Shown here piece by piece: positions 11,501-26,500 of a stretch of 64,000 nucleotides of DNA. Source of the DNA: the human T2T-CHM13v2.0 reference genome, Homo sapiens; NCBI RefSeq assembly GCF_009914755.1, contig NC_060941.1; one strand, written 5' to 3'. Positions within the stretch are counted from its first letter, which is position 1; each line of letters starts with the position of its first letter. Made by a program: the position numbers and the translations under genes. The notes beneath the pieces are model-generated. The model was not told where the DNA came from. It ran no database searches and was given only the letters and a program-made list of their open reading frames with translations.

Positions 11501-14500
11501 CTTTGGATGGAGCAGTTTCGAAACACACTATTTGTAGAATGTGCAAGTGGATATTTAGGCCTCTCTGAGGATTTCGTTGGAAACGGGATAAACCGCACAG
11601 AACTAAACAGAAGCATTCTCAGAACCTTCTTCGTGATGTTTGCATTCAACTCACAGTGTTGAACCTTTCTTTGATAGTTCAGGTTTGAAACGGTCTTTCT
11701 GTAGAAACTGCAAGTAGATATTTGGACCTCTCTGAGGATTTCGTTGGAAACGGGATAACCCGCACAGAACTAAAACAGAAGCATTCTCAGAACCCTCTTC
11801 GTGATGTTTGCATTCAACTCACAGTGCTGAACCTTTCTTTGATAGTTCAGCTTTGAAACACTCTTTTTGTAGAAACTGCAAGTGGATATTTGGTCCTCTC
11901 TGAGGATTTCGTTGGAAACGGGATAAACTGCACAGAACTAAACAGAAGCATTCTCAGAACCTTCTTCGTGATGTCTGCATTCAACTCACAGTGTGGAACC
12001 TTTCTTTGATAGTTCAGGTTTGAAACACTCTTTTTGTAGAAACTGCAAGGGGATAATTGCACTCTTTGAGGAGTACCGTAGTAAAGGAAATAACTTCCTA
12101 TAAAAAGAAGACAGAAGCTTTCTCAGAAAATTCTTTGGGATGATTGAGTTGAACTCACAGAGCTGAGCATTCCTTGCGATGTAGCAGTTTAGAAACACAC
12201 TTTCTGCAGAATCTGCAAGTGCATATTTGGACCTCTGTGAGGAATTCGTTGGAAACGGGATAATTTCAGCTGACTAAACAGAAGCAGTCTCAGAATCTTC
12301 TTTGTGATGTTTGCATTCACATCCCCGAGTTGAACTTTCCTTTCAAAGTTCACGTTTGAAACACTCTTTTTGCAGGATCTACAAGTGGATATTTGGACCA
12401 CTCTGTGTCCTTCGTTCGAAACGGGTATATCCTCACATGACATCTAGACAGAAGCATCCTCAGAAGCTTCTCTGTGATGACTGCATTCAACTCACGGAGT
12501 TGAACACTCCTTTTGAGAGCGCAGTTTTGAAACTCTCTTTCTGTGGCATCTGCAAGGGGACATGTAGACCTCTTTGAAGATTTCGTTGGAAACGGAATCA
12601 TCTTCACATAAAAACTATACAGATGCATTCTCAGGAACTTTTTGGTGATGTTTGTATTCAACTCCCAGAGTTGAACTTTCCTTTGGAAAGAGCAGCTATG
12701 AAACACTCTTTTTCTAGAATCTGCAAGTGGACGTTTGGAGGGCTTTGTGGTTTGTGGTGGAAAAGGAAATATCTTCACCTAAATACTAGATAGAAGCATT
12801 CTCAGAAACTGCTTTGTGATGATTGCATTCACCTCACAGAGTTGAACATTCCTATTGATAGAGCAGTTTGGAAACACTCTTGTTGTGGAATGTGCAAGTG
12901 GAGATTTGGAGCGCTTTGAGGCCTATGGTAGTAAAGGGAATAGCTTCATAGAAAAACTAGACAGAAGCATTCTCAGAAAATACTTTGTGATGATTGAGTT
13001 TAACTCACAGAGCTGAACATTCCTTTGGATGGAGCAGGTTTGAGACACACTTTTTGTAGAATCTACAAGTGGATATTTGGACCTCTCTGAGGATTTCGTT
13101 GGAAACGGGATAACTGCACCTAACTAAACGGAAGCATTCTCAGAAACTTCTTGGTGATGTTTGCATTCAAATCCCAGAGTTGAACCTTCCTTTGATAGTT
13201 CAGGTTTGAAACACTCTTTTTGTAGGATCTGCAAGTGGATATTTGGACCACTCTGTGGCCTTCGTTCGAAACGGGTATATCTTCGCATAAAATCTAGACA
13301 GAAGCCTTCTCAGAAACTTCTCTGTGATGATTGCATTCAACTCACAGAGTTGAACCCTCCTATGGATAGAGCAGTGTTGAAACTCTCTTTTTGTGGAATC
13401 TGCAAGTGGATATGTGGACCTCTCCGAAGATGTCTTTGGAAACGGGAATATCTTCACATAAAAACTAAACAGAAGCATTCTCAGAAACTTCTCTGTGATG
13501 TTTGTGTTCAACTCCCAGAGTTTCACATTGCTTTTCATAGAGTAGTTCTGAAACATGCTTTTCGTAGTGTCTACAAGTGGACATTTGGAGCGCTTTCAGG
13601 CCTGTGGTGGAAAACGAATTATGGTCACATAAAAACTGGAGAGAAGCATTGTCAGAAACTTCTTTGTGATGATTGCATTCAACTCACAGAGTTGAAGGTT
13701 CCTTTTCAAAGAGCAGTTTCCAATCACTCTTTGTGTGGAATCTGCAAGTGGATATTTGGACCTATTTTGAAGATTTCGTTGGAAACGGGAGAATCTTCAC
13801 AGGAAAGCTAAACAGAAGCATTCTCAGAAACTTCTTTGTGATGCTTGCATTCAACTCACAGAGTTGAACTTTCCTTTCGAGAGAGAAGCTTTGAAACACT
13901 CTTTTTCCAGAATCTGCAAGTGGACATTTGGAGGGCTTTGAGGCCTGTGGTGGAAAAGGAATTATCTTCCCGTAAAAGCTAGATAGAAGCATTCTCAGAA
14001 ACTACTTTGTGATGATTGCATTCAAGTCACAGAGTTGAACATTCCCTTTGACAGAGCAGTTTGGAAACTCTCTTTGTGTAGAATCTGCAAGTGGAGATAT
14101 GGACCGCTTTGAGGCCTATGGTAGTAAAGGAAATAGCTTCATATAAAAGCTAGACAGTAGCATTCACAGAAAACTCTTGGTGACGACTGAGTTTAACTCA
14201 CAGAGCTGAACATTCCTTTGGATGGAGCAGTTTCGAAACACACTATTTGTAGAATGTGCAAGTGGATATTTAGGCCTCTCTGAGGATTTCGTTGGAAACG
14301 GGATAAACCGCACAGAACTAAACAGAAGCATTCTCAGAACCTTCTTCGTGATGTTTGCATTCAACTCACAGTGTTGAACCTTTCTTTGATAGTTCAGGTT
14401 TGAAACGGTCTTTCTGTAGAAACTGCAAGTAGATATTTGGACCTCTCTGAGGATTTCGTTGGAAACGGGATAACCCGCACAGAACTAAAACAGAAGCATT

Positions 14501-17500
14501 CTCAGAACCCTCTTCGTGATGTTTGCATTCAACTCACAGTGCTGAACCTTTCTTTGATAGTTCAGCTTTGAAACACTCTTTTTGTAGAAACTGCAAGTGG
14601 ATATTTGGTCCTCTCTGAGGATTTCGTTGGAAACGGGATAAACTGCACAGAACTAAACAGAAGCATTCTCAGAACCTTCTTCGTGATGTCTGCATTCAAC
14701 TCACAGTGTGGAACCTTTCTTTGATAGTTCAGGTTTGAAACACTCTTTTTGTAGAAACTGCAAGGGGATAATTGCACTCTTTGAGGAGTACCGTAGTAAA
14801 GGAAATAACTTCCTATAAAAAGAAGACAGAAGCTTTCTCAGAAAATTCTTTGGGATGATTGAGTTGAACTCACAGAGCTGAGCATTCCTTGCGATGTAGC
14901 AGTTTAGAAACACACTTTCTGCAGAATCTGCAAGTGCATATTTGGACCTCTGTGAGGAATTCGTTGGAAACGGGATAATTTCAGCTGACTAAACAGAAGC
15001 AGTCTCAGAATCTTCTTTGTGATGTTTGCATTCACATCCCCGAGTTGAACTTTCCTTTCAAAGTTCACGTTTGAAACACTCTTTTTGCAGGATCTACAAG
15101 TGGATATTTGGACCACTCTGTGTCCTTCGTTCGAAACGGGTATATCTTCACATGACATCTAGACAGAAGCATCCTCAGAAGCTTCTCTGTGATGACTGCA
15201 TTCAACTCACGGAGTTGAACACTCCTTTTGAGAGCGCAGTTTTGAAACTCTCTTTCTGTGGCATCTGCAAGGGGACATGTAGACCTCTTTGAAGATTTCG
15301 TTGGAAACGGAATCATCTTCACATAAAAACTATACAGATGCATTCTCAGGAACTTTTTGGTGATGTTTGTATTCAACTCCCAGAGTTGAACTTTCCTTTG
15401 GAAAGAGCAGCTATGAAACACTCTTTTTCTAGAATCTGCAAGTGGACGTTTGGAGGGCTTTGTGGTTTGTGGTGGAAAAGGAAATATCTTCACCTAAATA
15501 CTAGATAGAAGCATTCTCAGAAACTGCTTTGTGATGATTGCATTCACCTCACAGAGTTGAACATTCCTATTGATAGAGCAGTTTGGAAACACTCTTGTTG
15601 TGGAATGTGCAAGTGGAGATTTGGAGCGCTTTGAGGCCTATGGTAGTAAAGGGAATAGCTTCATAGAAAAACTAGACAGAAGCATTCTCAGAAAATACTT
15701 TGTGATGATTGAGTTTAACTCACAGAGCTGAACATTCCTTTGGATGGAGCAGGTTTGAGACACACTTTTTGTAGAATCTACAAGTGGATATTTGGACCTC
15801 TCTGAGGATTTCGTTGGAAACGGGATAACTGCACCTAACTAAACGGAAGCATTCTCAGAAACTTCTTGGTGATGTTTGCATTCAAATCCCAGAGTTGAAC
15901 CTTCCTTTGATAGTTCAGGTTTGAAACACTCTTTTTGTAGGATCTGCAAGTGGATATTTGGACCACTCTGTGGCCTTCGTTCGAAACGGGTATATCTTCG
16001 CATAAAATCTAGACAGAAGCCTTCTCAGAAACTTCTCTGTGATGATTGCATTCAACTCACAGAGTTGAACCCTCCTATGGATAGAGCAGTGTTGAAACTC
16101 TCCTTTTGTGGAATCTGCAAGTGGATATGTGGACCTCTCCGAAGATGTCTTTGGAAACGGGAATATCTTCACATAAAAACTAAACAGAAGCATTCTCAGA
16201 AACTTCTCTGTGATGTTTGTGTTCAACTCCCAGAGTTTCACATTGCTTTTCATAGAGTAGTTCTGAAACATGCTTTTCGTAGTGTCTACAAGTGGACATT
16301 TGGAGCGCTTTCAGGCCTGTGGTGGAAAACGAATTATGGTCACATAAAAACTGGAGAGAAGCATTGTCAGAAACTTCTTTGTGATGATTGCATTCAACTC
16401 ACAGAGTTGAAGGTTCCTTTTCAAAGAGCAGTTTCCAATCACTCTTTGTGTGGAATCTGCAAGTGGATATTTGGACCTATTTTGAAGATTTCGTTGGAAA
16501 CGGGAGAATCTTCACAGGAAAGCTAAACAGAAGCATTCTCAGAAACTTCTTTGTGATGCTTGCATTCAACTCACAGAGTTGAACTTTCCTTTCGAGAGAG
16601 AAGCTTTGAAACACTCTTTTTCCAGAATCTGCAAGTGGACATTTGGAGGGCTTTGAGGCCTGTGGTGGAAAAGGAATTATCTTCCCGTAAAAGCTAGATA
16701 GAAGCATTCTCAGAAACTACTTTGTGATGATTGCATTCAAGTCACAGAGTTGAACATTCCCTTTGACAGAGCAGTTTGGAAACTCTCTTTGTGTAGAATC
16801 TGCAAGTGGAGATATGGACCGCTTTGAGGCCTATGGTAGTAAAGGAAATAGCTTCATATAAAAGCTAGACAGTAGCATTCACAGAAAACTCTTGGTGACG
16901 ACTGAGTTTAACTCACAGAGCTGAACATTCCTTTGGATGGAGCAGTTTCGAAACACACTATTTGTAGAATGTGCAAGTGGATATTTAGGCCTCTCTGAGG
17001 ATTTCGTTGGAAACGGGATAAACCGCACAGAACTAAACAGAAGCATTCTCAGAACCTTCTTCGTGATGTTTGCATTCAACTCACAGTGTTGAACCTTTCT
17101 TTGATAGTTCAGGTTTGAAACGGTCTTTCTGTAGAAACTGCAAGTAGATATTTGGACCTCTCTGAGGATTTCGTTGGAAACGGGATAACCCGCACAGAAC
17201 TAAAACAGAAGCATTCTCAGAACCCTCTTCGTGATGTTTGCATTCAACTCACAGTGCTGAACCTTTCTTTGATAGTTCAGCTTTGAAACACTCTTTTTGT
17301 AGAAACTGCAAGTGGATATTTGGTCCTCTCTGAGCATTTCGTTGGAAACGGGATAAACTGCACAGAACTAAACAGAAGCATTCTCAGAACCTTCTTCGTG
17401 ATGTCTGCATTCAACTCACAGTGTGGAACCTTTCTTTGATAGTTCAGGTTTGAAACACTCTTTCTGTAGAAACTGCAAGGGGATAATTGCACTCTTTGAG

Positions 17501-20500
17501 GAGTACCGTAGTAAAGGAAATAACTTCCTATAAAAAGAAGACAGAAGCTTTCTCAGAAAATTCTTTGGGATGATTGAGTTGAACTCACAGAGCTGAGCAT
17601 TCCTTGCGATGTAGCAGTTTAGAAACACACTTTCTGCAGAATCTGCAAGTGCATATTTGGACCTCTGTGAGGAATTCGTTGGAAACGGGATAATTTCAGC
17701 TGACTAAACAGAAGCAGTCTCAGAATCTTCTTTGTGATGTTTGCATTCAAATCCCCGAGTTGAACTTTCCTTTCAAAGTTCACGTTTGAAACACTCTTTT
17801 TGCAGGATCTACAAGTGGATATTTGGACCACTCTGTGTCCTTCGTTCGAAACGGGTATATCTTCACATGACATCTAGACAGAAGCATCCTCAGAAGCTTC
17901 TCTGTGATGACTGCATTCAACTCACGGAGTTGAACACTCCTTTTGAGAGCGCAGTTTTGAAACTCTCTTTCTGTGGCATCTGCAAGGGGACATGTAGACC
18001 TCTTTGAAGATTTCGTTGGAAACGGAATCATCTTCACATAAAAACTATACAGATGCATTCTCAGGAACTTTTTGGTGATGTTTGTATTCAACTCCCAGAG
18101 TTGAACTTTCCTTTGGAAAGAGCAGCTATGAAACACTCTTTTTCTAGAATCTGCAAGTGGACGTTTGGAGGGCTTTGTGGTTTGTGGTGGAAAAGGAAAT
18201 ATCTTCACCTAAATACTAGATAGAAGCATTCTCAGAAACTGCTTTGTGATGATTGCATTCACCTCACAGAGTTGAACATTCCTATTGATAGAGCAGTTTG
18301 GAAACACTCTTGTTGTGGAATGTGCAAGTGGAGATTTGGAGCGCTTTGAGGCCTATGGTAGTAAAGGGAATAGCTTCATAGAAAAACTAGACAGAAGCAT
18401 TCTCAGAAAATACTTTGTGATGATTGAGTTTAACTCACAGAGCTGAACATTCCTTTGGATGGAGCAGGTTTGAGACACACTTTTTGTAGAATCTACAAGT
18501 GGATATTTGGACCTCTCTGAGGATTTCGTTGGAAACGGGATAACTGCACCTAACTAAACGGAAGCATTCTCAGAAACTTCTTGGTGATGTTTGCATTCAA
18601 ATCCCAGAGTTGAACCTTCCTTTGATAGTTCAGGTTTGAAACACTCTTTTTGTAGGATCTGCAAGTGGATATTTGGACCACTCTGTGGCCTTCGTTCGAA
18701 ACGGGTATATCTTCGCATAAAATCTAGACAGAAGCCTTCTCAGAAACTTCTCTGTGATGATTGCATTCAACTCACAGAGTTGAACCCTCCTATGGATAGA
18801 GCAGTGTTGAAACTCTCTTTTTGTGGAATCTGCAAGTGGATATGTGGACCTCTCCGAAGATGTCTTTGGAAACGGGAATATCTTCACATAAAAACTAAAC
18901 AGAAGCATTCTCAGAAACTTCTCTGTGATGTTTGTGTTCAACTCCCAGAGTTTCACATTGCTTTTCATAGAGTAGTTCTGAAACATGCTTTTCGTAGTGT
19001 CTACAAGTGGACATTTGGAGCGCTTTCAGGCCTGTGGTGGAAAACGAATTATGGTCACATAAAAACTGGAGAGAAGCATTGTCAGAAACTTCTTTGTGAT
19101 GATTGCATTCAACTCACAGAGTTGAAGGTTCCTTTTCAAAGAGCAGTTTCCAATCACTCTTTGTGTGGAATCTGCAAGTGGATATTTGGACCTATTTTGA
19201 AGATTTCGTTGGAAACGGGAGAATCTTCACAGGAAAGCTAAACAGAAGCATTCTCAGAAACTTCTTTGTGATGCTTGCATTCAACTCACAGAGTTGAACT
19301 TTCCTTTCGAGAGAGAAGCTTTGAAACACTCTTTTTCCAGAATCTGCAAGTGGACATTTGGAGGGCTTTGAGGCCTGTGGTGGAAAAGGAATTATCTTCC
19401 CGTAAAAGCTAGATAGAAGCATTCTCAGAAACTACTTTGTGATGATTGCATTCAAGTCACAGAGTTGAACATTCCCTTTGACAGAGCAGTTTGGAAACTC
19501 TCTTTGTGTAGAATCTGCAAGTGGAGATATGGACCGCTTTGAGGCCTATGGTAGTAAAGGAAATAGCTTCATATAAAAGCTAGACAGTAGCATTCACAGA
19601 AAACTCTTGGTGACGACTGAGTTTAACTCACAGAGCTGAACATTCCTTTGGATGGAGCAGTTTCGAAACACACTATTTGTAGAATGTGCAAGTGGATATT
19701 TAGGCCTCTCTGAGGATTTCGTTGGAAACGGGATAAACCGCACAGAACTAAACAGAAGCATTCTCAGAACCTTCTTCGTGATGTTTGCATTCAACTCACA
19801 GTGTTGAACCTTTCTTTGATAGTTCAGGTTTGAAACGGTCTTTCTGTAGAAACTGCAAGTAGATATTTGGACCTCTCTGAGGATTTCGTTGGAAACGGGA
19901 TAACCCGCACAGAACTAAAACAGAAGCATTCTCAGAACCCTCTTCGTGATGTTTGCATTCAACTCACAGTGCTGAACCTTTCTTTGATAGTTCAGCTTTG
20001 AAACACTCTTTTTGTAGAAACTGCAAGTGGATATTTGGTCCTCTCTGAGCATTTCGTTGGAAACGGGATAAACTGCACAGAACTAAACAGAAGCATTCTC
20101 AGAACCTTCTTCGTGATGTCTGCATTCAACTCACAGTGTGGAACCTTTCTTTGATAGTTCAGGTTTGAAACACTCTTTCTGTAGAAACTGCAAGGGGATA
20201 ATTGCACTCTTTGAGGAGTACCGTAGTAAAGGAAATAACTTCCTATAAAAAGAAGACAGAAGCTTTCTCAGAAAATTCTTTGGGATGATTGAGTTGAACT
20301 CACAGAGCTGAGCATTCCTTGCGATGTAGCAGTTTAGAAACACACTTTCTGCAGAATCTGCAAGTGCATATTTGGACCTCTGTGAGGAATTCGTTGGAAA
20401 CGGGATAATTTCAGCTGACTAAACAGAAGCAGTCTCAGAATCTTCTTTGTGATGTTTGCATTCAAATCCCCGAGTTGAACTTTCCTTTCAAAGTTCACGT

Positions 20501-23500
20501 TTGAAACACTCTTTTTGCAGGATCTACAAGTGGATATTTGGACCACTCTGTGTCCTTCGTTCGAAACGGGTATATCTTCACATGACATCTAGACAGAAGC
20601 ATCCTCAGAAGCTTCTCTGTGATGACTGCATTCAACTCACGGAGTTGAACACTCCTTTTGAGAGCGCAGTTTTGAAACTCTCTTTCTGTGGCATCTGCAA
20701 GGGGACATGTAGACCTCTTTGAAGATTTCGTTGGAAACGGAATCATCTTCACATAAAAACTATACAGATGCATTCTCAGGAACTTTTTGGTGATGTTTGT
20801 ATTCAACTCCCAGAGTTGAACTTTCCTTTGGAAAGAGCAGCTATGAAACACTCTTTTTCTAGAATCTGCAAGTGGACGTTTGGAGGGCTTTGTGGTTTGT
20901 GGTGGAAAAGGAAATATCTTCACCTAAATACTAGATAGAAGCATTCTCAGAAACTGCTTTGTGATGATTGCATTCACCTCACAGAGTTGAACATTCCTAT
21001 TGATAGAGCAGTTTGGAAACACTCTTGTTGTGGAATGTGCAAGTGGAGATTTGGAGCGCTTTGAGGCCTATGGTAGTAAAGGGAATAGCTTCATAGAAAA
21101 ACTAGACAGAAGCATTCTCAGAAAATACTTTGTGATGATTGAGTTTAACTCACAGAGCTGAACATTCCTTTGGATGGAGCAGGTTTGAGACACACTTTTT
21201 GTAGAATCTACAAGTGGATATTTGGACCTCTCTGAGGATTTCGTTGGAAACGGGATAACTGCACCTAACTAAACGGAAGCATTCTCAGAAACTTCTTGGT
21301 GATGTTTGCATTCAAATCCCAGAGTTGAACCTTCCTTTGATAGTTCAGGTTTGAAACACTCTTTTTGTAGGATCTGCAAGTGGATATTTGGACCACTCTG
21401 TGGCCTTCGTTCGAAACGGGTATATCTTCACATAAAATCTAGACAGAAGCCTTCTCAGAAACTTCTCTGTGATGATTGCATTCAACTCACAGAGTTGAAC
21501 CCTCCTATGGATAGAGCAGTGTTGAAACTCTCTTTTTGTGGAATCTGCAAGTGGATATGTGGACCTCTCCGAAGATGTCTTTGGAAACGGGAATATCTTC
21601 ACATAAAAACTAAACAGAAGCATTCTCAGAAACTTCTCTGTGATGTTTGTGTTCAACTCCCAGAGTTTCACATTGCTTTTCATAGAGTAGTTCTGAAACA
21701 TGCTTTTCGTAGTGTCTACAAGTGGACATTTGGAGCGCTTTCAGGCCTGTGGTGGAAAACGAATTATGGTCACATAAAAACTGGAGAGAAGCATTGTCAG
21801 AAACTTCTTTGTGATGATTGCATTCAACTCACAGAGTTGAAGGTTCCTTTTCAAAGAGCAGTTTCCAATCACTCTTTCTGTGGAATCTGCAAGTGGATAT
21901 TTGGACCTATTTTGAAGATTTCGTTGGAAACGGGAGAATCTTCACAGGAAAGCTAAACAGAAGCATTCTCAGAAACTTCTTTGTGATGCTTGCATTCAAC
22001 TCACAGAGTTGAACTTTCCTTTCGAGAGAGAAGCTTTGAAACACTCTTTTTCCAGAATCTGCAAGTGGACATTTGGAGGGCTTTGAGGCCTGTGGTGGAA
22101 AAGGAATTATCTTCCCGTAAAAGCTAGATAGAAGCATTCTCAGAAACTACTTTGTGATGATTGCATTCAAGTCACAGAGTTGAACATTCCCTTTGACAGA
22201 GCAGTTTGGAAACTCTCTTTGTGTAGAATCTGCAAGTGGAGATATGGACCGCTTTGAGGCCTATGGTAGTAAAGGAAATAGCTTCATATAAAAGCTAGAC
22301 AGTAGCATTCACAGAAAACTCTTGGTGACGACTGAGTTTAACTCACAGAGCTGAACATTCCTTTGGATGGAGCAGTTTCGAAACACACTATTTGTAGAAT
22401 GTGCAAGTGGATATTTAGGCCTCTCTGAGGATTTCGTTGGAAACGGGATAAACCGCACAGAACTAAACAGAAGCATTCTCAGAACCTTCTTCGTGATGTT
22501 TGCATTCAACTCACAGTGTTGAACCTTTCTTTGATAGTTCAGGTTTGAAACGGTCTTTCTGTAGAAACTGCAAGTAGATATTTGGACCTCTCTGAGGATT
22601 TCGTTGGAAACGGGATAACCCGCACAGAACTAAAACAGAAGCATTCTCAGAACCCTCTTCGTGATGTTTGCATTCAACTCACAGTGCTGAACCTTTCTTT
22701 GATAGTTCAGCTTTGAAACACTCTTTTTGTAGAAACTGCAAGTGGATATTTGGTCCTCTCTGAGCATTTCGTTGGAAACGGGATAAACTGCACAGAACTA
22801 AACAGAAGCATTCTCAGAACCTTCTTCGTGATGTCTGCATTCAACTCACAGTGTGGAACCTTTCTTTGATAGTTCAGGTTTGAAACACTCTTTCTGTAGA
22901 AACTGCAAGGGGATAATTGCACTCTTTGAGGAGTACCGTAGTAAAGGAAATAACTTCCTATAAAAAGAAGACAGAAGCTTTCTCAGAAAATTCTTTGGGA
23001 TGATTGAGTTGAACTCACAGAGCTGAGCATTCCTTGCGATGTAGCAGTTTAGAAACACACTTTCTGCAGAATCTGCAAGTGCATATTTGGACCTCTGTGA
23101 GGAATTCGTTGGAAACGGGATAATTTCAGCTGACTAAACAGAAGCAGTCTCAGAATCTTCTTTGTGATGTTTGCATTCAAATCCCCGAGTTGAACTTTCC
23201 TTTCAAAGTTCACGTTTGAAACACTCTTTTTGCAGGATCTACAAGTGGATATTTGGACCACTCTGTGTCCTTCGTTCGAAACGGGTATATCTTCACATGA
23301 CATCTAGACAGAAGCATCCTCAGAAGCTTCTCTGTGATGACTGCATTCAACTCACGGAGTTGAACACTCCTTTTGAGAGCGCAGTTTTGAAACTCTCTTT
23401 CTGTGGCATCTGCAAGGGGACATGTAGACCTCTTTGAAGATTTCGTTGGAAACGGAATCATCTTCACATAAAAACTATACAGATGCATTCTCAGGAACTT

Positions 23501-26500
23501 TTTGGTGATGTTTGTATTCAACTCCCAGAGTTGAACTTTCCTTTGGAAAGAGCAGCTATGAAACACTCTTTTTCTAGAATCTGCAAGTGGACGTTTGGAG
23601 GGCTTTGTGGTTTGTGGTGGAAAAGGAAATATCTTCACCTAAATACTAGATAGAAGCATTCTCAGAAACTGCTTTGTGATGATTGCATTCACCTCACAGA
23701 GTTGAACATTCCTATTGATAGAGCAGTTTGGAAACACTCTTGTTGTGGAATGTGCAAGTGGAGATTTGGAGCGCTTTGAGGCCTATGGTAGTAAAGGGAA
23801 TAGCTTCATAGAAAAACTAGACAGAAGCATTCTCAGAAAATACTTTGTGATGATTGAGTTTAACTCACAGAGCTGAACATTCCTTTGGATGGAGCAGGTT
23901 TGAGACACACTTTTTGTAGAATCTACAAGTGGATATTTGGACCTCTCTGAGGATTTCGTTGGAAACGGGATAACTGCACCTAACTAAACGGAAGCATTCT
24001 CAGAAACTTCTTGGTGATGTTTGCATTCAAATCCCAGAGTTGAACCTTCCTTTGATAGTTCAGGTTTGAAACACTCTTTTTGTAGGATCTGCAAGTGGAT
24101 ATTTGGACCACTCTGTGGCCTTCGTTCGAAACGGGTATATCTTCGCATAAAATCTAGACAGAAGCCTTCTCAGAAACTTCTCTGTGATGATTGCATTCAA
24201 CTCACAGAGTTGAACCCTCCTATGGATAGAGCAGTGTTGAAACTCTCTTTTTGTGGAATCTGCAAGTGGATATGTGGACCTCTCCGAAGATGTCTTTGGA
24301 AACGGGAATATCTTCACATAAAAACTAAACAGAAGCATTCTCAGAAACTTCTCTGTGATGTTTGTGTTCAACTCCCAGAGTTTCACATTGCTTTTCATAG
24401 AGTAGTTCTGAAACATGCTTTTCGTAGTGTCTACAAGTGGACATTTGGAGCGCTTTCAGGCCTGTGGTGGAAAACGAATTATGGTCACATAAAAACTGGA
24501 GAGAAGCATTGTCAGAAACTTCTTTGTGATGATTGCATTCAACTCACAGAGTTGAAGGTTCCTTTTCAAAGAGCAGTTTCCAATCACTCTTTGTGTGGAA
24601 TCTGCAAGTGGATATTTGGACCTATTTTGAAGATTTCGTTGGAAACGGGAGAATCTTCACAGGAAAGCTAAACAGAAGCATTCTCAGAAACTTCTTTGTG
24701 ATGCTTGCATTCAACTCACAGAGTTGAACTTTCCTTTCGAGAGAGAAGCTTTGAAACACTCTTTTTCCAGAATCTGCAAGTGGACATTTGGAGGGCTTTG
24801 AGGCCTGTGGTGGAAAAGGAATTATCTTCCCGTAAAAGCTAGATAGAAGCATTCTCAGAAACTACTTTGTGATGATTGCATTCAAGTCACAGAGTTGAAC
24901 ATTCCCTTTGACAGAGCAGTTTGGAAACTCTCTTTGTGTAGAATCTGCAAGTGGAGATACGGACCGCTTTGAGGCCTATGGTAGTAAAGGAAATAGCTTC
25001 ATATAAAAGCTAGACAGTAGCATTCACAGAAAACTCTTGGTGACGACTGAGTTTAACTCACAGAGCTGAACATTCCTTTGGATGGAGCAGTTTCGAAACA
25101 CACTATTTGTAGAATGTGCAAGTGGATATTTAGGCCTCTCTGAGGATTTCGTTGGAAACGGGATAAACCGCACAGAACTAAACAGAAGCATTCTCAGAAC
25201 CTTCTTCGTGATGTTTGCATTCAACTCACAGTGTTGAACCTTTCTTTGATAGTTCAGGTTTGAAACGGTCTTTCTGTAGAAACTGCAAGTAGATATTTGG
25301 ACCTCTCTGAGGATTTCGTTGGAAACGGGATAACCCGCACAGAACTAAAACAGAAGCATTCTCAGAACCCTCTTCGTGATGTTTGCATTCAACTCACAGT
25401 GCTGAACCTTTCTTTGATAGTTCAGCTTTGAAACACTCTTTTTGTAGAAACTGCAAGTGGATATTTGGTCCTCTCTGAGGATTTCGTTGGAAACGGGATA
25501 AACTGCACAGAACTAAACAGAAGCATTCTCAGAACCTTCTTCGTGATGTCTGCATTCAACTCACAGTGTGGAACCTTTCTTTGATAGTTCAGGTTTGAAA
25601 CACTCTTTCTGTAGAAACTGCAAGGGGATAATTGCACTCTTTGAGGAGTACCGTAGTAAAGGAAATAACTTCCTATAAAAAGAAGACAGAAGCTTTCTCA
25701 GAAAATTCTTTGGGATGATTGAGTTGAACTCACAGAGCTGAGCATTCCTTGCGATGTAGCAGTTTAGAAACACACTTTCTGCAGAATCTGCAAGTGCATA
25801 TTTGGACCTCTGTGAGGAATTCGTTGGAAACGGGATAATTTCAGCTGACTAAACAGAAGCAGTCTCAGAATCTTCTTTGTGATGTTTGCATTCAAATCCC
25901 CGAGTTGAACTTTCCTTTCAAAGTTCACGTTTGAAACACTCTTTTTGCAGGATCTACAAGTGGATATTTGGACCACTCTGTGTCCTTCGTTCGAAACGGG
26001 TATATCTTCACATGACATCTAGACAGAAGCATCCTCAGAAGCTTCTCTGTGATGACTGCATTCAACTCACGGAGTTGAACACTCCTTTTGAGAGCGCAGT
26101 TTTGAAACTCTCTTTCTGTGGCATCTGCAAGGGGACATGTAGACCTCTTTGAAGATTTCGTTGGAAACGGAATCATCTTCACATAAAAACTATACAGATG
26201 CATTCTCAGGAACTTTTTGGTGATGTTTGTATTCAACTCCCAGAGTTGAACTTTCCTTTGGAAAGAGCAGCTATGAAACACTCTTTTTCTAGAATCTGCA
26301 AGTGGACGTTTGGAGGGCTTTGTGGTTTGTGGTGGAAAAGGAAATATCTTCACCTAAATACTAGATAGAAGCATTCTCAGAAACTGCTTTGTGATGATTG
26401 CATTCACCTCACAGAGTTGAACATTCCTATTGATAGAGCAGTTTGGAAACACTCTTGTTGTGGAATGTGCAAGTGGAGATTTGGAGCGCTTTGAGGCCTA

